Positions 58,853 to 64,000 of a DNA stretch of 64,000 nucleotides are shown here, piece by piece. The position numbers and the translations under genes are program-made. The stretch is taken from positions 26,004-90,003 of the forward strand of contig CACODE010000001.1 in NCBI GenBank assembly GCA_902625885.1, in the 5' to 3' direction. Source of the DNA: an uncultured Candidatus Poseidoniales archaeon (GTDB taxonomy: Archaea > Thermoplasmatota > Poseidoniia > Poseidoniales > Poseidoniaceae). The notes under the pieces were generated by a model, which was not told the origin of the DNA, ran no database searches, and was given only the letters and a program-made list of their open reading frames with translations. How positions within the stretch are numbered: the first letter of the stretch is position 1; each line of letters begins with the position of its first letter.

Positions 58853-60580
58853 ATGAACGGACATCTCTTCACCAACCGAAGCCGCCAAGTCGCCTTTGGG
58901 CTCCTCCTCTTTGTCGGCGCCATGATGGTGGCCAATCCTTCTCAGGCAGGTGGCGGGGGCGGTATAAGCCTCGATGTTAACATCAAGGAAGGCCTTGAAA
59001 ATCAGGCCGTTTACGTAGGCCTTGGTATCTTGCTGGCCGTGTATGTCCTCATCATTTTCGAAACCGTTCATCGGACGTTGGCTGCAGCCGTTGGCGGCAT
59101 CGTGGCCATGCTCGCCCTCAATTACTACGACACGGGGGACACGTTCACGCTCGCCGAAATAACCACGATGATCGATTGGGAAACCATCGGGCTTTTGTTG
59201 GGTATGATGGTGATGGTGGGTATCTTATCCAACACGGGGGTTTTCGAGTATTTCGCCGTCCTTTCCTACAAGAAGAGCGGCGGCTCCATCTGGACCCTTG
59301 TGGTCATACTGTGTTCGGTGACGGCTGTTTTGTCGGCGTTCCTGGACAACGTCACGACCATGCTCTTGCTCACCCCGGTCACCATTCAACTGGCGAAAGT
59401 GCTTGACATCAAACCCATTCCACTGTTGATTTCTGAGGTGCTGTTTTCGAACATTGGTGGTGCAGCCACGATGATTGGCGACCCACCAAACATCATGATC
59501 GGTTCGGGTCTTTCTCCCGACAAAATTGCCAAGGCCGAGGGCGGTCTTTACGCCGACATGGCTCATTACGGCGTGACGTTCAACGATTTCATTATCGAGA
59601 TGGGTCCGGGGATTTTGATGTGCGTGGTTCCCAGCTTCATGTTCCTCAAGTGGTTCTATGCCGACGAATTCTCAGGCACACGCATCCGTGATGTTGCTGA
59701 ACTTGAATCCAAGTACGGCATCAAGGACCAAGCCATGCTGAACGTTGCAGGCATCATTCTTTTCCTTGTTATCCTGAATTTCTTCCTCCACCCCATCACC
59801 CACATCGCCGTCTCGTGGATTGCGCTTGTCGGAGCGGTTGTCATGTTGTTGGCCACCGACCGTCATGAACTCGAGGAACCGCTTCACCACGTGGAGTGGA
59901 CAACGTTGCTGTTCTTTGCAGGATTGTTCGTTCTCGTGCACTCGCTCCAATACATGGGCGTGATCAGTTTCATCGGTGAGTACGTGGAGCGAGCCATCGC
60001 CTTCTTCGGCAGCGATACCGGCGACGGGCAAACCGTGCGATTGGCTGCAGCCATACTGATCGTGCTTTGGGTTTCAGCCATCGCCTCTGCCTTCATCGAC
60101 AACATTCCCTACACGGCCACAATGATTCCCATCGTCCTCCAAATCGCTCACAACCTTGGCGATTACCTCCTAGGGCCGCTTATCTGGGCCCTCGCCTTTG
60201 GTGCATGCCTCGGTGGCAATGGAACGCTCATTGGTGCCTCAGCTAACGTCGTGACGGCGGGCATGTCCGAAGAGGCAGGCTACCCCATATCGTTCAATGA
60301 ATTCTTCAAGGCTGGCTTCCCCATCATGATTCTGACGACGTTCATCGTATCGCTTTACATGTTGCTCGTGTTTATTGTTGGTGGAGAGGACAACGCTACC
60401 TACGTGAAAATCATCCTCGTCGGCGTCACCACGCTGAGCATCATCGGGCAACTTGCACGTGGCCGTAGCAAAGGCAAGACGTTTGCAGAGGCGCTCGTGG
60501 ATGACGAAATGGAAGGCATCCAAGAAGTGGTTATTGAAGTCGGCAACGTGTTGCGTGGCGGTCAACAAGAAGAAGAGTGA
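58853..60580 (+). CDS. ArsB/NhaD-family (P-protein-like, IT superfamily) transporter
   Basis: SAFLDNVTT, SNIGGAATMIGDPPN, SAFIDNIP and LGGNGTLIGASAN motifs; multiple TMs. Confidence 0.9.
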   Translation: MNGHLFTNRSRQVAFGLLLFVGAMMVANPSQAGGGGGISLDVNIKEGLENQAVYVGLGILLAVYVLIIFETVHRTLAAAVGGIVAMLALNYYDTGDTFTLAEITTMIDWETIGLLLGMMVMVGILSNTGVFEYFAVLSYKKSGGSIWTLVVILCSVTAVLSAFLDNVTTMLLLTPVTIQLAKVLDIKPIPLLISEVLFSNIGGAATMIGDPPNIMIGSGLSPDKIAKAEGGLYADMAHYGVTFNDFIIEMGPGILMCVVPSFMFLKWFYADEFSGTRIRDVAELESKYGIKDQAMLNVAGIILFLVILNFFLHPITHIAVSWIALVGAVVMLLATDRHELEEPLHHVEWTTLLFFAGLFVLVHSLQYMGVISFIGEYVERAIAFFGSDTGDGQTVRLAAAILIVLWVSAIASAFIDNIPYTATMIPIVLQIAHNLGDYLLGPLIWALAFGACLGGNGTLIGASANVVTAGMSEEAGYPISFNEFFKAGFPIMILTTFIVSLYMLLVFIVGGEDNATYVKIILVGVTTLSIIGQLARGRSKGKTFAEALVDDEMEGIQEVVIEVGNVLRGGQQEEE

Positions 60581-60642
60581 AACCTCCCAACCCGGCGTTG
60601 ATTTCAAGTCCTGCCGATGCGAGGCACCTGTGGGGCAGGGCC

Positions 60643-62067
60643 ATGTTCGAGTGCCAAGTGTGCGGATTGTTATCGCTTGGCGGCACATCGTGCCCGGCCT
60701 GCGGCAGTCAGTTGCGCAAAGATCTCTCGATTGAACAAAGCGGCGATGAGGTGTTGCCAACCGAGGTCCCGGGTCTTGATGAGGCGGCCGAAGCTTGGTA
60801 CGAACTTGAAGGTCTTGAACCGCCATTGGTCGACGACGAGCCGACCGTACAACCTGCGAGGTCATCACCCAGCACGTTGCCGTTCGGCTACCAAGGCTCT
60901 TCAAACGTCTACACGCCAAACCTTCCGTTCGGCATCGGTAGTTTTGCGGACGGTATCCCGTTTGATGCTGCAAACCGAAGTCAAGCGTTCGCACTTGAGC
61001 CAACCGCTACAGAAGCCGTGTTCGATGCTGTGGAACACACCGCTCCGGAGACGGTAGCGGAGACGACGCCCGTGTCGTCAGAGGCAACCCCGAGGGTTGA
61101 CACCGTTTTGGAGGACGTTTCCCCACCAATGGACGATGCGGACCTTGAATTGCCACCCGTGCCTGAACTGCCAGAGGTGATGATTTCCGACCTTTCGGCG
61201 GAAATCACCGATGTCTTCGAGGTTCAACCTGCGCCCCCCTCTCCCGGCGAATTGATTGATGAACCCGTCAGGTTGTCATCCGCTCGTTTGGTTTCCTCTG
61301 CACCCGTACAGGAAGAACCTCCCGTCCCGGACTATTGGAAAATCGATGCCCCGATTCCTGATTACGAAGAGATTTACGGCCAAGAGGCCGCTGTCGTGGA
61401 GGTTGAGTACGCCTCTCTCGAGGAGGACGTCGTCATCTACGACCACACCACGGATTCTCCAGCGGCTGTTTTTCATTCACCTTTGGAAGCCTCACCGAAT
61501 TCAACGGCTTCCAAATCGGTCAAACTTCAGCTGCACCCTGCCCAGGCGTTGAGTGTTGACACAGGTGGCGATCAAGCCATGGCAGAACCGCTCGCAGCAG
61601 GGTTCAGGGCGCTCCAGCAGGCCGATTGGTCAGCCGCCGCTCGTTCGTTCCAACGCATGGCTGCAGGGATGCCGAACAACCCAGAAGTGTTCAACAACTA
61701 CGGCATTTCGTTGCTGCAGCGGGCCACCGCCATGCGTACCAGCAACGACGGTCAAGAACAGGCTGTCTCAGAAACGCAGTTCGAGTCTTCAATTCTCGCT
61801 CTTCGGGAGGCGGCGAAGAACGCCCCGACGAATGGCGATGTTCTGGTCAACCTCGCCATAGCGCTCATTGAGAGCGGGCGTTCAGAAAAGGCCCTCGGCA
61901 TCATGAACGTCCACAACGCTCGTACGCCAAACTCCGCCAAAGGCCTGAACACGGCAGCCGTGGCGATGTTTAATTTGGGCCAACTTTCTCAGGCCGTTGA
62001 AACGCTTGGCAAGGTTGGGAACGACGAGATTGCCCGTCGAAACCTTGCGAAAATTGCGCCAAATTGA
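60643..62067 (+). CDS. Zinc ribbon - acidic disordered linker - TPR protein
   Basis: N-terminal CQVC..CPACG; long Pro/acidic region; C-terminal TPRs (PEVFNNYG, GDVLVNLA, KGLNTAA). Confidence 0.75.
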   Translation: MFECQVCGLLSLGGTSCPACGSQLRKDLSIEQSGDEVLPTEVPGLDEAAEAWYELEGLEPPLVDDEPTVQPARSSPSTLPFGYQGSSNVYTPNLPFGIGSFADGIPFDAANRSQAFALEPTATEAVFDAVEHTAPETVAETTPVSSEATPRVDTVLEDVSPPMDDADLELPPVPELPEVMISDLSAEITDVFEVQPAPPSPGELIDEPVRLSSARLVSSAPVQEEPPVPDYWKIDAPIPDYEEIYGQEAAVVEVEYASLEEDVVIYDHTTDSPAAVFHSPLEASPNSTASKSVKLQLHPAQALSVDTGGDQAMAEPLAAGFRALQQADWSAAARSFQRMAAGMPNNPEVFNNYGISLLQRATAMRTSNDGQEQAVSETQFESSILALREAAKNAPTNGDVLVNLAIALIESGRSEKALGIMNVHNARTPNSAKGLNTAAVAMFNLGQLSQAVETLGKVGNDEIARRNLAKIAPN

Positions 62068-62141
62068 AGGCATTCGGTCAACCCTTTGAAATTTGGGAAA
62101 AAAGAGGGACTGTCCCCCTTTCCATTGTCCGGTTTAGACCG

Positions 62142-62157
62142 ATTTCTTCTTATATGG
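62142..62157 (+). promoter_or_regulatory. Probable TATA box of the 23S rRNA promoter
   Basis: TTCTTATATGG about 160 bp upstream of the 23S 5' end. Confidence 0.55.
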
Positions 62158-62313
62158 GTGGAAGGTCGCATGGATGCTTAGCACCCTGTCATGCCTGTCA
62201 TGATGGGGGAAGGGCTGAGGAGAATCACCCTCGAGGAGGTGGTTTTCTGTTGAAGCCGAATTGGCATGACTAGATACCGAAGGGTTACTCATATGGTGTG
62301 GAAACATACACAT

Positions 62314-64000
62314 GTGATGCTACAACCCAACTGGGGGATCGCTCGGCTCGAGTGCCGATGAAGGTCGTGACAAGCTGCGATAAGCTGCGGGTAGGCGCAT
62401 GTATGCCTAAGATCCGCAGATGGCTGAATAGGACTTCCTGTTTCTTCGGAAACGGTCGCGTTAGCGATAGGGAACCCACCGAATTGAAGCATCTTAGTAG
62501 GTGGAGGAAATGAAATCAATTGAGATTCCGTTAGTAGTGGCGAATGAACACGGATCAGGACAAGCCGAATCCCAAATCGAAAGAGAGGGAGATGTGGTTG
62601 GCAGTCTTTTGTCTAAGTCATGGAAGGAGAACTCGCCTGGAACGGCGGATCCATAGAGGGTGAAAGTCCCGTATCCGTACATGATATGACCACGTGACTG
62701 TCAAAGAGTAGCATGCGTTGGAAATCGCGTGTGAATATGGGAGGCAGATACTTCCAATCCTAAATACAACTCGAGACCGATAGTTTACAAGTAACGTGAG
62801 TGAAAGCTGAAAAGTATCCTTAGCGGGATGTGAAAAGAACGTGAAACCAGTTGGGTACAGGCTGATTGGGCGTGAAAGCGAAGATATGAGCAGCGTCCAG
62901 TCGTGCGTTTAGAAAAATGCCCCAGGGAGTCTTGATCATTGGCGAGGTTAAGTGGTTGATCCACGTAGCCGAAGGGAAACCGACATGTCCGCAGCAGTTT
63001 ACTGTGAGGGACGAAGTGTGCTCGCTTGGAGTCAATGGTGGAGGACCTGAAGCCCGACGATCTATGCCTGGCCAGATTGAAGCCCGTTGAAAGATGGGTG
63101 GAGGATCGCACCGTTGCTGATCTGCAAATCGCTCGGACGAGCTGGGTATAGGGGTGAAAGTCCAATCGAGTTGGGCAATAGCAGGTTCCGCGTGAAACTA
63201 CTCGTAGGTAGACGTTCGTGGAGATAGATTACGCTGTAGAGCACTGATTGTGCGTTTAGGGGGAGCGATCCCTCGGCGTGCTGCCAAACTCCGAAGGTGT
63301 AATCGTTGAAGAAACGAGCAGTGAGTGATGGTGGGTAAGCTACCATTACGCAAGGTGAACAAACCAGCCTGAAGTTAAGGTCCCTAAATATCAGTTAAGT
63401 GTCACAGACAAACCGTGTCCGTGGTCGAAAACAACCAGAAGGTGGGCTTAGAAGCAGCCATCCTTGAAAGAGTTCGTAACAGATCACTGGTCTAGCTTGC
63501 GGGCCGGGAAAAGGGACGGGGCTCAAACTGATTACCGATACTTCAGACCATCGAAAGATGATGTGGTAACGCGGCGTCGTGCATGGGCGGAAGGTAGGCT
63601 TTGAGGTCTACTGGACCGTGTACGAATGAGAGTCTTGGGAAGAGTAGCAGCACAGTGTGGTGAGAATCCGCACCGCCTTATAAACCAGGGTTCCTCGGCA
63701 CTGTTTATCAGCCGAGGGTTAGCCGGTCCTAAGGTCATTCTTAACCGAAATGATCGAAAGGGAATGGCGTTAATATTCGTCAGCCCCCTACACCACGTAT
63801 GGTGACGGCTTGGGCAAAGTCATTGGATCATATGCCAGGTCCACTGATAACCAATTTCTGGAGAACTGTCATAGTGAGAAGGAAAGAAAGTCCCAGGTCC
63901 CATGAAAAGCCGTGTAGGGTGACCGTACCGAGAACTGAAACAGGTGTTTTTGGGTGAGTAGCCTAAGGCGTATCGGATACAAATATCGCGAGGGAACTCG
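62314..64000 (+). rRNA. rrl: 23S rRNA (5' part, runs off the window)
   Basis: Conserved LSU motifs GCCGATGAAGG..AAGCTGCGATAAGC, GAATTGAAGCATCTTAGTA, GACCGATAG..AAGTA, AAGGTCCCTAAA, GCTTAGAAGCAGCCA and GACCGTACC..ACAGGTG. The 5' end is approximate. Confidence 0.97.

Noticed and set aside
62093..62125. Possible hairpin terminator after the TPR gene
   Set aside because: The stem is imperfect and the T-tract would be on the opposite strand, so there is not enough support to call it.
62285..63738. Short ORFs in the last 1.7 kb
   Set aside because: They lie within the 23S rRNA gene or its leader.

Overview
This is an archaeal chromosomal segment, most likely from Marine Group II (Ca. Poseidoniales, Thermoplasmatota). 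The assignment rests on archaeal uS15, Rpp21, ArcS, type II GAPDH and archaeal GluRS/PheT, a bacterial-type Adk and DnaJ, many giant acidic surface proteins, and a 23S rRNA gene with no 16S gene upstream. The first ~27 kb is a cell-surface region: Ig-like and beta-helix membrane-anchored proteins, an S8 protease, a wHTH-STAND-TPR regulator, three pilin-like genes (one split at a G7 tract), a ~1900-aa Ca-binding repeat protein with an inserted beta-propeller, and a ~1800-aa surface protein. The remainder is mostly housekeeping genes mixed with further surface proteins, and the window ends inside the 23S rRNA gene. I saw no CRISPR array, tRNA or transposase. Best leads: (1) a conserved cytoplasmic tail PLPPxGLPxGWTx[DE]QWxxYG on two unrelated giant surface proteins; (2) the homopolymer frameshift in the pilin-like gene; (3) a recurrent non-canonical TATA-like TT[CG]A[ACT] motif about 29 bp before start codons; (4) an NLR-like regulator directly behind a giant surface gene; (5) a pyroglutamyl peptidase-Nudix fusion. 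All calls come from reading motifs by eye, and no database searches were run.
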